DNA of 64,000 nucleotides from an uncultured Gammaproteobacteria bacterium (GTDB lineage Bacteria; Pseudomonadota; Gammaproteobacteria; CAWCPV01): NCBI GenBank assembly GCA_963797555.1, contig CAWCPV010000010.1, positions 1 to 64,000 of the forward strand, read 5' to 3'. Shown piece by piece: positions 55,800 to 64,000 of this stretch (position 1 is its first letter; each line of letters starts with the position of its first letter). The notes under the pieces were generated by a model. It saw only the letters and a program-made list of their open reading frames with translations, ran no database searches and was not told where the DNA came from. The position numbers and the translations under genes were made by a program.

Positions 55800-58337
55800 T
55801 TAGGCCTCCTCGATCCGCTCCAGCTCCACGACCCGTTCCAGCCCCACCAGCTTTTCTCCTCGTTCGACTGCCACCAGCCTCACGCCCTGCGTGCTGCGAC
55901 CGACCACAGAGACGTCCGCGGCACGCATTCTGAGCAACGTCCCGCGATCGGAAATCAGCATGAGCTCTTCGTCCTCCGCAACCTGCACGGCGCCCACCAC
56001 CTTGCCGTTGCGGGCGCTGGTCCGGATAGAGATGACTCCCTGCCCGCCACGCCCGTGGAGCGGGTACTCCTCGACCGGCGTGCGTTTGCCGTAGCCGTTC
56101 TCGGTGGCCGTCAGCACATGCCCCTGGTTGACGATGATGAGGGCGATGACCCGTTCCTCTCGACCGAGACGCATCCCGTGCACGCCGCGTGCGGTCCGGC
56201 CCATGGGGCGGACGTCCGTCTCCTGAAAACGCACCGCCTTGCCGGCATCGCTGAACAGCATGATTTGCCGGTTGCCGTCGGTGAAATCCACCCCCACGAG
56301 GCGGTCACCGTCCCGCAGATCCAATGCGATGAGCCCGCTGGAGCGCGGGCGCGAGAACTCATCGACGGGGGTCTTCTTGACCGTCCCGCGCGCGGTCACC
56401 ATGAACACGTGCTTCTGATGGGCATCTTCACGCAGGGGCAACAACGCGTGGATGGATTCCCCTTCTTCCAGGGGCAGGAGGTTGACTATCGGGCGGCCGC
56501 GTGCCGTGCGTCCTCCCTGCGGAAGCTCGTAAACCTTGAGCCAGTAGACCTTCCCGTGACTCGAGAAGCACAGCAGCGTGTCATGGCTGCTGCCCACCAA
56601 CAGCCGCTCCACGAAGTCCTCCTCCTTGACGCTGGTGGCAGACTTTCCCTTGCCGCCACGCCGCTGCGCGCGGTAGAGAGAGAGCGGCTGGGTCTTCACG
56701 TAGCCGGCGTGAGACAGGGTGACGACCACATCCTCCTCGTTGATCAAGTCCTCCACGCTGAAGTCCCGGGCTACGGGGATGATCTCGGTGCGCCGTGCGT
56801 CCCCATATTGCTCCCGCATCTCCCGGAGCTCCCCGCGAATCACTTCCATCAGCCGCCCCGGCCGAAACAGGATATCGAGCAGCGCCGCGATGGTATCGAG
56901 CAGATCCCGGTATTCCTCGAAGATCTTGCTCTGCTCAAGGGCAGTCAGGCGCTGCAGACGCAGGTCCAGGATCGCCTGCGCCTGCACTTCCGACAGGCGG
57001 TAGCCAGCGTCGGTCAGGCCGTATTCGGCCGGCAACTCCTCCGGCCGGGACATCTCGGCCCCGGCCCGCTGCAACATCTCCAGCACGGCGCCGGGGGGCC
57101 ATGCTTGCGCCACCAGCCCTTGCTTGGCGTCGGCAGGAGTCTTGGCCTGTCGGATCAGGGCGATGATGGGATCGATGTTGGTCAATGCTACGGCCAGGCC
57201 CTCCAGGACGTGGGCACGCTCCCGGGCCTTGCGCAGCTCGAATACGGTGCGCCGCGTCACCACCTCGCGCCGGTGGCGCAGGAACGCCTCCAGCACCTCT
57301 TTGATGTTGAGGAGCAGGGGCCGGCCGTCCACGAGCGCCACCATGTTGATGCCAAACGTGGCCTGCATCTGCGTGTGCAGGAACAGGTTGTTCAGCACCA
57401 CCTCGGGCACCTCGCCACGGCGCAGCCCGATGACCATGCGCATCCCATCCTTGTCGGACTCATCGCGCAGCTCGGTGATGCCCTCGATCTTCCGTTCCTT
57501 GACCAGCTCCGCAATTCTCTCCAGCAAGCGGGCCTTGTTGACCTGATACGGGAGTTCGGTGACGATGATCGTATGCTTGCCGTCGTCCTCTTCCACGTGC
57601 GCCCGAGCGCGCACTTGGAGTGTGCCACGACCGGTTCGATACGCCTGCTCAATGCCAGCCGCACCGTTGATGATTCCCGCCGTCGGGAAGTCCGGGCCGG
57701 GAATGTGCGTGATCAGGCCGTTGATGCCGATGTCGGGCTCCTCGATGAGCGCCAGGCAGGCGTCAACGACTTCCCGCAGGTTGTGCGGCGGGACGTTGGT
57801 GGCCATACCGACAGCGATGCCGGCCGCACCGTTGACCAGCAGGTTGGGAACCCGGGTGGGCAGGACCAGAGGCTCCCGCTCCGACCCGTCGTAGTTGGGG
57901 GCGAAGTCAACGGTTTCCTTGTCGAGATCCGCCAGTAGATCATGGGCCATCCGGGCCATGCGCACCTCGGTGTAGCGCATAGCGGCCGGAGGGTCACCGT
58001 CCACGGACCCGAAGTTCCCCTGCCCGTCCACCAAGACGTAACGCAGAGAAAACGGCTGGGCCATACGGACGATGGTGTCGTAGACGGCTGACTCCCCGTG
58101 CGGATGATACTTACCGATGACCTCGCCGACGATGCGGGCGGATTTCTTGTATGCCTTATTCCAGTCGAGTCCCAGCTCGCGCATGGCGTACAAGACCCGT
58201 CGGTGAACTGGCTTCAGCCCGTCGCGCACGTCGGGAAGCGCCCGGCCGACGATCACGCTCATAGCGTAATCGAGGTAGGATTGCTTCATCTCGTCTTCGA
58301 TGGTGACGGGTGTGACTTCTTTCGCGAAGGGTTCCAT
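55800..58337 (-). CDS. gyrA: DNA gyrase subunit A
   Basis: YHPHG, AAMRYTE, GyrA box QRRGGKG. Confidence 0.98.
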   Translation of the reverse strand: MEPFAKEVTPVTIEDEMKQSYLDYAMSVIVGRALPDVRDGLKPVHRRVLYAMRELGLDWNKAYKKSARIVGEVIGKYHPHGESAVYDTIVRMAQPFSLRYVLVDGQGNFGSVDGDPPAAMRYTEVRMARMAHDLLADLDKETVDFAPNYDGSEREPLVLPTRVPNLLVNGAAGIAVGMATNVPPHNLREVVDACLALIEEPDIGINGLITHIPGPDFPTAGIINGAAGIEQAYRTGRGTLQVRARAHVEEDDGKHTIIVTELPYQVNKARLLERIAELVKERKIEGITELRDESDKDGMRMVIGLRRGEVPEVVLNNLFLHTQMQATFGINMVALVDGRPLLLNIKEVLEAFLRHRREVVTRRTVFELRKARERAHVLEGLAVALTNIDPIIALIRQAKTPADAKQGLVAQAWPPGAVLEMLQRAGAEMSRPEELPAEYGLTDAGYRLSEVQAQAILDLRLQRLTALEQSKIFEEYRDLLDTIAALLDILFRPGRLMEVIRGELREMREQYGDARRTEIIPVARDFSVEDLINEEDVVVTLSHAGYVKTQPLSLYRAQRRGGKGKSATSVKEEDFVERLLVGSSHDTLLCFSSHGKVYWLKVYELPQGGRTARGRPIVNLLPLEEGESIHALLPLREDAHQKHVFMVTARGTVKKTPVDEFSRPRSSGLIALDLRDGDRLVGVDFTDGNRQIMLFSDAGKAVRFQETDVRPMGRTARGVHGMRLGREERVIALIIVNQGHVLTATENGYGKRTPVEEYPLHGRGGQGVISIRTSARNGKVVGAVQVAEDEELMLISDRGTLLRMRAADVSVVGRSTQGVRLVAVERGEKLVGLERVVELERIEEA

Positions 58338-58822
58338 GTACCGACACTCACAAGCGCCGCAACAAAACGAAGCAGTTTACCTCTTTCCGGGGAGTCGCGC
58401 ATCGGCAACCGCCTGCGCGACAGGGCTCCGCCTCACTCACTCCCAACGCCCTGCGGCCCTGCGCCTGCTCGGCATCCAGTTCCCCGCCCCCCACAAAAGC
58501 CTCACCGCTCCCGCGGCTCCCAGCCTATTGCCTCTATTCAAGAACTCGCCTCTACCTCCCTTCGACAAGGCGCCCCTGGCCGGTGGCGGTGTGGAAAGGC
58601 CGACCCGGGAGCGCGGGAGGGGTTGGCCACGGGTGCTGGCGTATCCGCGCCTGCATCGGATCGCCCACCATGCACGCTTTGCGCCGCTGCTCAGCTTCGG
58701 GCGGCGCGTCTCGCCTCGCCGGTGCTGGCCCTTGAATCTCAGGCGCTTGTCTGGGGACTGGCAGGCGGTTGACGGGCTCGTTCGTGAACGCGCGCTTTGG
58801 GCCCAGCCCTGCCGCCGGGCAT

Positions 58823-59896
58823 TCAGTACGGCGCGAGATTCGACAATAGAGCCTGAATTTTCTCGGCGGTAGGTTGCCTCACCACGCCACGCTCGGTCAC
58901 CAGAGCGTCCACCAAGGTCGCAGGCGTCACGTCGAAGGCTGGATTGATGGCCTCCACCTGCGCCGCCACGCGCTTGCCCGCGCAGGACAGGACCTCCGCC
59001 GAGTCGCGGCGCTCTATGGGTATGTCCTCGCCGCGGCGCAGCCGCAAGTCGACGGTGGACGTAGGGGCCACGACCATGAACCTCACGTTGTGGTATCGGG
59101 CCAACAGGGCCAGAGCGTACGTCCCAATCTTGTTCGCCACGTCTCCATTGGCCGTAACGCGGTCCGCTCCGACGATAACCCACGCCACACCCCCCTGGCG
59201 GAGTATCGATGCCGCTGCCGCGTCCACCAGGACCGTTACGGGAATGCCGTCCTGCGCGAGCTCCCAGGCGGTCAGGCGGGCTCCTTGAAGCCAGGGCCGG
59301 GTCTCGTCCACGAAGACGCGACTGATCTTGCCCGCGGCATGGGCGCTGCGAATCACGCCCAGCGCCGTGCCGTAGCCCCCCGTAGCGAGCGAGCCCGCAT
59401 TGCAGTGAGTCAGTACCTCACAGGACCCGTTGAGCAGCGCCGCACCCAGGCTGCCCATACGTCGGTTGGCCTCGATGTCCTGGCGGTGGATCGCCAATGC
59501 CTCCTCAAGGAGGCATTGCACCGGATCTCCGGAACAATGGGCGAGACGCGCAGCCATACGTTCCAGAGCCCACCTGAGGTTCACAGCCGTAGGGCGCGCA
59601 CGGCCGAGAAGGGCAAGATCCGCCTCAATCTCGAGCCGCCAAGTGGACGGTGTGTGGGCATAGCGTTCGCGCGCGGCGAGCACGACCCCATACGCCGCCG
59701 CGATGCCGATGGCAGGGGCACCGCGCACCACCATGTCGGCGATGGCGCGCGTCACTGCCGCCACATCCTCGAGACGGACATAGCGCGTCTCCTGCGGGAG
59801 CAGGCGCTGATCCAGAAGCAACAACCCGTCGTCGTCCCAGCGCACCGCGCGCACCGTGTCCGACGGGTATGGAAGCACAGGAACCTTATCAGACAA
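58823..59896 (-). CDS. mtnA: Methylthioribose-1-phosphate isomerase
   Basis: [40 protein letters not shown]. Confidence 0.96.
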   Translation of the reverse strand: MSDKVPVLPYPSDTVRAVRWDDDGLLLLDQRLLPQETRYVRLEDVAAVTRAIADMVVRGAPAIGIAAAYGVVLAARERYAHTPSTWRLEIEADLALLGRARPTAVNLRWALERMAARLAHCSGDPVQCLLEEALAIHRQDIEANRRMGSLGAALLNGSCEVLTHCNAGSLATGGYGTALGVIRSAHAAGKISRVFVDETRPWLQGARLTAWELAQDGIPVTVLVDAAAASILRQGGVAWVIVGADRVTANGDVANKIGTYALALLARYHNVRFMVVAPTSTVDLRLRRGEDIPIERRDSAEVLSCAGKRVAAQVEAINPAFDVTPATLVDALVTERGVVRQPTAEKIQALLSNLAPY

Positions 59897-59927
59897 TGTT
59901 CATCCGCTCCTGGAAATTGGGGCGGCT

Positions 59928-59969
59928 ATGCACTAGAATACAACACGAGCATGCACTAGAATACAACAC
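59928..59969 (+). repeat. Exact 19-bp direct repeat in divergent promoter
   Basis: ATGCACTAGAATACAACAC at 59928 and 59951, each containing TAGAAT. Confidence 0.85.
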
Positions 59970-60030
59970 ACGTGCGAGAAGGAAACGACAGTCCTGTAAC
60001 CATTTCACAATAGAGAAGGAGCATCGACCC

Positions 60031-60648
60031 ATGAACAAGCGCCTTATGGCCCTGACTGCGGTGTTTGCCGTCCTGGCCACGTATGGAGTAGCCGGCCGAG
60101 CGGCCGAGCGGACCTGCTGTTATGTGTACGACTCTCAAGGCAACCATGTCAGAGACAGCTCCGGCCAATGCGTACGGACCAGCACTTGGGCCCCGGAGTG
60201 CGCCGTCTGCGAGTGCGATGCGTCTGCGTGCCCGAAGGCCGAGGCACCGCCGCCGCCGCCACCCCGCATAGAGAAGATCACCCTCGCGGCTGACGCCTAT
60301 TTCGACTTCGACAAGGCCACCCTGAAGCCTGCCGGTCGGGAGAAGCTGGACGAGGTCGTCGCCAAGATGCGCCAGTACGAGAATGTGGAGCATATCCATG
60401 TCACTGCGTACACCGACCGCATCGGCAGCGACGCTTACAACCTGAGGCTGTCTGAACGGCGCGCCCAAGCGGTCATGAATTACCTGGTAGACCATGGCAT
60501 CTCCGCCGCTAAGATCGACGCCCAGGGGATGGGCGAGGCCAATCCGGTGGTGGCCTGCGAGGGCGTCCGGCCGCGCGCCACGCTGATCAAGTGCTTAGCC
60601 CCGAACCGCCGGGCCGAGATCGAGATCGTGGCGCAGGGAACCAAGTAA
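60031..60648 (+). CDS. OmpA-family peptidoglycan-binding protein
   Basis: AAGGAG RBS; signal peptide; FDFDKATL, TDRIGS..YNLRLSERRA, NRRAEI. Confidence 0.93.
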   Translation: MNKRLMALTAVFAVLATYGVAGRAAERTCCYVYDSQGNHVRDSSGQCVRTSTWAPECAVCECDASACPKAEAPPPPPPRIEKITLAADAYFDFDKATLKPAGREKLDEVVAKMRQYENVEHIHVTAYTDRIGSDAYNLRLSERRAQAVMNYLVDHGISAAKIDAQGMGEANPVVACEGVRPRATLIKCLAPNRRAEIEIVAQGTK

Positions 60649-60670
60649 CCGATTCAGTGCATGCATCGAC

Positions 60671-60706
60671 GGCCCCTGGCGGGATTACCGTCAGGGGCCT
60701 TTTCTT
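60671..60706 (+). terminator. Intrinsic terminator of ompA-family gene
   Basis: GGCCCCTGGCGG-GATTA-CCGTCAGGGGCC followed by TTTTCTT; overlaps rlmD stop. Confidence 0.8.
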
Positions 60707-61998
60707 GCAAACACGGCGATGGCTTCGAGGTGGGCGGTGTGGGGAAACATATCGATCAGGCCAGCACCCTCGAGCTGGAAGCCCTGGCCGCGGACCAACT
60801 CTCCCGCGTCACGCGCCAGTGTCGCCGGGTCACACGAGATGTAGACCACTCGCTCGGCCCCCAGAGCGCTCACCCGCCGCACCACCTCCACGGCGCCGTT
60901 GCGCGGGGGATCCAGAAGCAGCTTGTTGTACCCCGGGCGGCACCAAGTCTCGGCTTGTTCCGGGTCGTTCAGGTCCACTACGCGATAACGCACGTTGCGT
61001 ATCCCGTTGCGCTCGGCGTTGCGTTGCGCTTGCGCTACGAGCCCGGCATCCCCCTCGATACCCAACACCGACTGCGCCCGCGTGGCTAGGGGCAGTGTGA
61101 AGTTACCGATACCGCAGAAGAGATCTAGTACTCGGTCGTCCGGACGCAGCCGAAGTAGCTCCGCGGCACGACTCACCATCGCTTTGTTGATCTCCGCGTT
61201 GACCTGCACAAACTGAGTCGGGTGGAACTCGATCTCGATGCCAAAGTCGGGCAGGTCGTAGGTCAGGCGTCCCTGTGTCGGCCACACCAGGTGCACGCTG
61301 TCCGGCCCCCCCGGCTGCGCGTACACCCAGAGCTTGTGCTCTGCAGCAAAGAGCCGCAGGCGGTCGAGATCCTCGTCGCACAGCCTGTCGAGGTGGCGAA
61401 ACACGAGCGCCGTGCACCCCTCGGCCACGGCCACCTCCACCTGGGGTATGCGCCGGCGGGCGTCCAGACCCTGGATCAGATGGCGTAGCGCCGGCAGCAG
61501 CAAGCCCACGCTGGGGTGTATCACGTCGCAGCGAGTCAGGTCTGCGATGAACGAGCTCGCCTTTTCCCGGAAGCCGACCAGCACGCCGCCCTTCTTCGCT
61601 ACGAACCTCACACCCAGGCGCGCACGGCGCCGGTAACCCCAGATCGGGCCGGTGACGGGCGGGAACACCTCGGCGGGCGCAACGCGCCCTGTGCCTGCAA
61701 GATGGTCCAGGAGGATGCTCTGCTTCGCAACCACTTGCGCCGCGTGGCTAAGGTGCTGCAGGCTGCAACCCCCGCATACCCCGTAGTGGGGGCAACAGGC
61801 CGCCACCCTGTGCGGGGAGGGGTGATGAACTTCCGTCACTACCGCCTCGTCGAAACGCCCGCGCCGTCTGACATACCGGAAACCTACCTGTTCCCCGGGC
61901 AGCGCGCCGTCCACGAAGACGGTTCTGCCACCGGGACGGGCCACGCCACGACCATCGTGGCTCAAGGCATCTATGTGTGCGAGATGCGAAGTCGACAC
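60691..61998 (-). CDS. rlmD: 23S rRNA m5U1939 methyltransferase (start approximate)
   Basis: TRAM domain, CGGCSLQH, DLFCGIGN, DPPR, YISC, DMFPHT. Confidence 0.95.
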   Translation of the reverse strand: MSTSHLAHIDALSHDGRGVARPGGRTVFVDGALPGEQVGFRYVRRRGRFDEAVVTEVHHPSPHRVAACCPHYGVCGGCSLQHLSHAAQVVAKQSILLDHLAGTGRVAPAEVFPPVTGPIWGYRRRARLGVRFVAKKGGVLVGFREKASSFIADLTRCDVIHPSVGLLLPALRHLIQGLDARRRIPQVEVAVAEGCTALVFRHLDRLCDEDLDRLRLFAAEHKLWVYAQPGGPDSVHLVWPTQGRLTYDLPDFGIEIEFHPTQFVQVNAEINKAMVSRAAELLRLRPDDRVLDLFCGIGNFTLPLATRAQSVLGIEGDAGLVAQAQRNAERNGIRNVRYRVVDLNDPEQAETWCRPGYNKLLLDPPRNGAVEVVRRVSALGAERVVYISCDPATLARDAGELVRGQGFQLEGAGLIDMFPHTAHLEAIAVFARKGP

Positions 61999-62060
61999 CC
62001 CTTTTGCGACCCCGCCTTCCGTGGTCTTCGCGGCGCCCAAAGAGTGCATGTCGGGGCGAT

Positions 62061-62837
62061 TCAGCTCCATGCGGAGCCGAACGCCTCCAGATGGGGCTTC
62101 CCGGACCCCGCCAGGGTCTGACGCACGCGTTGACATTCATCGGCGTAGGCGCCTTGGTCCAGGGTGCCGCGCAACAGCTCGAACCGCAGGTAGATAAGGA
62201 AAGTGTTGAGGGCATCGATCTCGCAATATTGACGGATGCCTTCGAGGTCTCCACTCTGGAAACGCTCCCAGACCTGGGCGCCGCTCTGGCCCATCTTGCC
62301 AGGCAGACCAATCAGCACCGCCACCTCGTCCAGGGGGGCCATGGCGCGCGGCTGGTACGCGGCGAGGACGTCCATGAGATCGGTGTGGCGCATGTGATAG
62401 CGGTTCAGATAATTATTCCAGCGGAAGCCCGGGTCTCGCTCCCCAAGCTCCCAGTAAGACGGCGCGGGCACTCCGTGCAGTAGAGCGCGATAGTGAAGCA
62501 CAGGTAGGTCGAAACCGCCGCCGTTCCACGACACCAAGACGGGCCGGTAACGCGCGACGCCGTCGAAGAACCTCTGGATCAGCTCCTTTTCGGGAGAAGT
62601 GCTCTCGCCCAGTGACCAGATCTGAAACCGATCCTCGGTCCGCAGGATAGCGGAGATGGCGACGATGCGATGAAGGTGCAAGCGCAGAAACTCGGAATCA
62701 CCGGTCTCCTGCCGCCGGATCTGCATCATGGCATTGGCCGCATCCCGATCGCTGAGCCCTTCCAGGCGATAGAGTCGCCGGCCCCCGTCCACATCAGGAA
62801 CGGTCTCAATGTCGAACGCGAAGACGTTGGTAAACAA
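62061..62837 (-). CDS. PolB-related 3'-5' exonuclease
   Basis: FDIET, SWNGGGFD, YCEID. Confidence 0.9.
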   Translation of the reverse strand: MFTNVFAFDIETVPDVDGGRRLYRLEGLSDRDAANAMMQIRRQETGDSEFLRLHLHRIVAISAILRTEDRFQIWSLGESTSPEKELIQRFFDGVARYRPVLVSWNGGGFDLPVLHYRALLHGVPAPSYWELGERDPGFRWNNYLNRYHMRHTDLMDVLAAYQPRAMAPLDEVAVLIGLPGKMGQSGAQVWERFQSGDLEGIRQYCEIDALNTFLIYLRFELLRGTLDQGAYADECQRVRQTLAGSGKPHLEAFGSAWS

Positions 62838-62885
62838 CGTGGCCGGGCGTCCTACTGCCAGTGCTCACGAGGTGCCAGACAGGGC

Positions 62886-63500
62886 TTACTTCTGCCGCCA
62901 CTGGCCTGTGTCATCCTGATACCACCAGCCCCTAGGAGCATTGGCTATCCAACGACCCGCGAAGGTCGCACGGATCTCGGGCTCCCATTCGGGATGTCCG
63001 TTCGCCGTGGCGATCTCCCGATAGAGCGCGTTGCGCGCCTGGTTCTCCTCAGCGAGTAGCTGCCGCACCCGCGCGCGCTCCGCCAGAGGAACCGCCTTGA
63101 GATCATGCACCGCCAAGAGCCCGTCCCGTGTCAGACCGACGGCACCGGACTGATAGTAAGGCTGCAGGGTGGAGTAATGCGCCTTCATGGAACTGGTGAG
63201 CCGCTCAATGGCGGGTGTCGAGACGTTGATATCCGCGCGGGCGTACGCGGCAGGCACCACGAGTGTCAGCAGGCCCCCGAACAGCGCATGGAGGCGCTCG
63301 GGTGCCGAGAGCTGCCCCGACTCATCTTTCCTTGCCGGAGGCTTGGTCTGCTTCTGCGGGGGTTGCTCACCCCAAACGTCTCGGATGATCTTGTCGGCGG
63401 CCTGCTCGGCCGCGGCCGCCGGGAAATAGATGTTGACGGTCACGCACGCCGCGAGCACCACTGCTGCACCGGCGCATGCGGTCGTCCTCAATTTGTCCAT
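62886..63500 (-). CDS. YdbL/DUF1318-family lipoprotein
   Basis: LAACVTVNIYFP, GAVGLTRDG, EENQARNALYREIA. Confidence 0.85.
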   Translation of the reverse strand: MDKLRTTACAGAAVVLAACVTVNIYFPAAAAEQAADKIIRDVWGEQPPQKQTKPPARKDESGQLSAPERLHALFGGLLTLVVPAAYARADINVSTPAIERLTSSMKAHYSTLQPYYQSGAVGLTRDGLLAVHDLKAVPLAERARVRQLLAEENQARNALYREIATANGHPEWEPEIRATFAGRWIANAPRGWWYQDDTGQWRQK

Positions 63501-63510
63501 GAACGCACCC

Positions 63511-64000
63511 TCAGGGCTGGACTTTCGGAACGGTCTGCGTCGCACCGCGCAAGCGCTCCACGAGCACCTTCCAGTCGACGCGGCGCGTATAACCTATCAC
63601 GTCGAGAGTGGGCAGACCACCGCCTCCCTGGACGATGTAATAGCCGCCGTGCGGTGCCGGCGCTATACCCCCCATCTCGCAAACCCCACGAGCCAGGCGG
63701 CAAGCCAGGCCCAGGCGTTTGTAGTAGAAGGTGTCGAACAGGCTCAGCAAGCCCTGGGATAGGGCTGCCGACATTCCCCCACCGCCGAGGCTGGACAAGG
63801 TCTTCACGGCTCGCTGGTCGATACGATGCGCCGATCCCTCGGCGGGGGGCGTTCGGAAGGAAGCATCGAAGACGACCGGCTCCCAGTCTTCCAAACGCAG
63901 GTGTTGCGCCGTGCCCTCGAGTCTCCCGGTGATAGTCCCGAACGCGAAGGCCTGCGTCAGCGCCCGCAGGTCGAGGTTCTTCAGCTCGACCTCTCCACCG
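63511..64000 (-). CDS. C-terminal part of a YdbH-like protein (truncated by window edge)
   Basis: Frame open to edge: LDLRALTQAFAFGTITGRLEG..RIDQRAVKTLSSLGGG..VDWKVLVERL; upstream of ydbL-like gene. Confidence 0.7.
   Translation of the reverse strand, partial: GGEVELKNLDLRALTQAFAFGTITGRLEGTAQHLRLEDWEPVVFDASFRTPPAEGSAHRIDQRAVKTLSSLGGGGMSAALSQGLLSLFDTFYYKRLGLACRLARGVCEMGGIAPAPHGGYYIVQGGGGLPTLDVIGYTRRVDWKVLVERLRGATQTVPKVQP

Noticed and set aside
55104-57938. 944-aa plus-strand ORF, and similar long antisense ORFs over fimV, leuC, serA, mtnA and others
   Set aside because: Shadow frames of GC-rich genes on the opposite strand; no motifs
58338-58822. 485-bp gap between mtnA and gyrA
   Set aside because: No convincing ORF, RNA motif or repeat identified by eye

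Overview
GC-rich proteobacterial chromosome segment, most likely gammaproteobacterial judging by gene order. The first ~13.4 kb is accessory and partly decayed. It holds an orphan amino-DNA methyltransferase and a BamHI-like type II R-M system (C protein with C-box, endonuclease, methyltransferase) whose methyltransferase is split by an IS1182-family element with a CTAG target duplication. It also holds amrA/amrB without amrS, an IS481/ISNCY-like remnant, short fragments of pgm, gnd and pgl, a clade-D beta carbonic anhydrase, and an IS110 element. The non-coding left end of that element folds into a two-loop bridge-RNA-like structure with an 8-nt match to its own right end. The rest is mostly housekeeping: mtfA-like peptidase, glycerate kinase, ccp, leuC-leuD-leuB-asd-fimV-truA-trpFBA-accD-folC-dedD-cvpA-purF-metZ, egtB, sodC, rnhB, dapCDE, purB, manC, mtnA-gyrA-serC-serA-pheA-tyrA-aroA-cmk-rpsA-ihfB-lapB, ompA, rlmD and ydbL/ydbH-like genes. 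Heavily eroded vestiges of hisC and roxA/ycfD sit at their usual syntenic positions. At least eight single-base frameshifts, including in leuD and purB, are probably sequencing or assembly indels. All family calls come from motif recognition by eye; no searches were run. No tRNA, rRNA or CRISPR array was seen.
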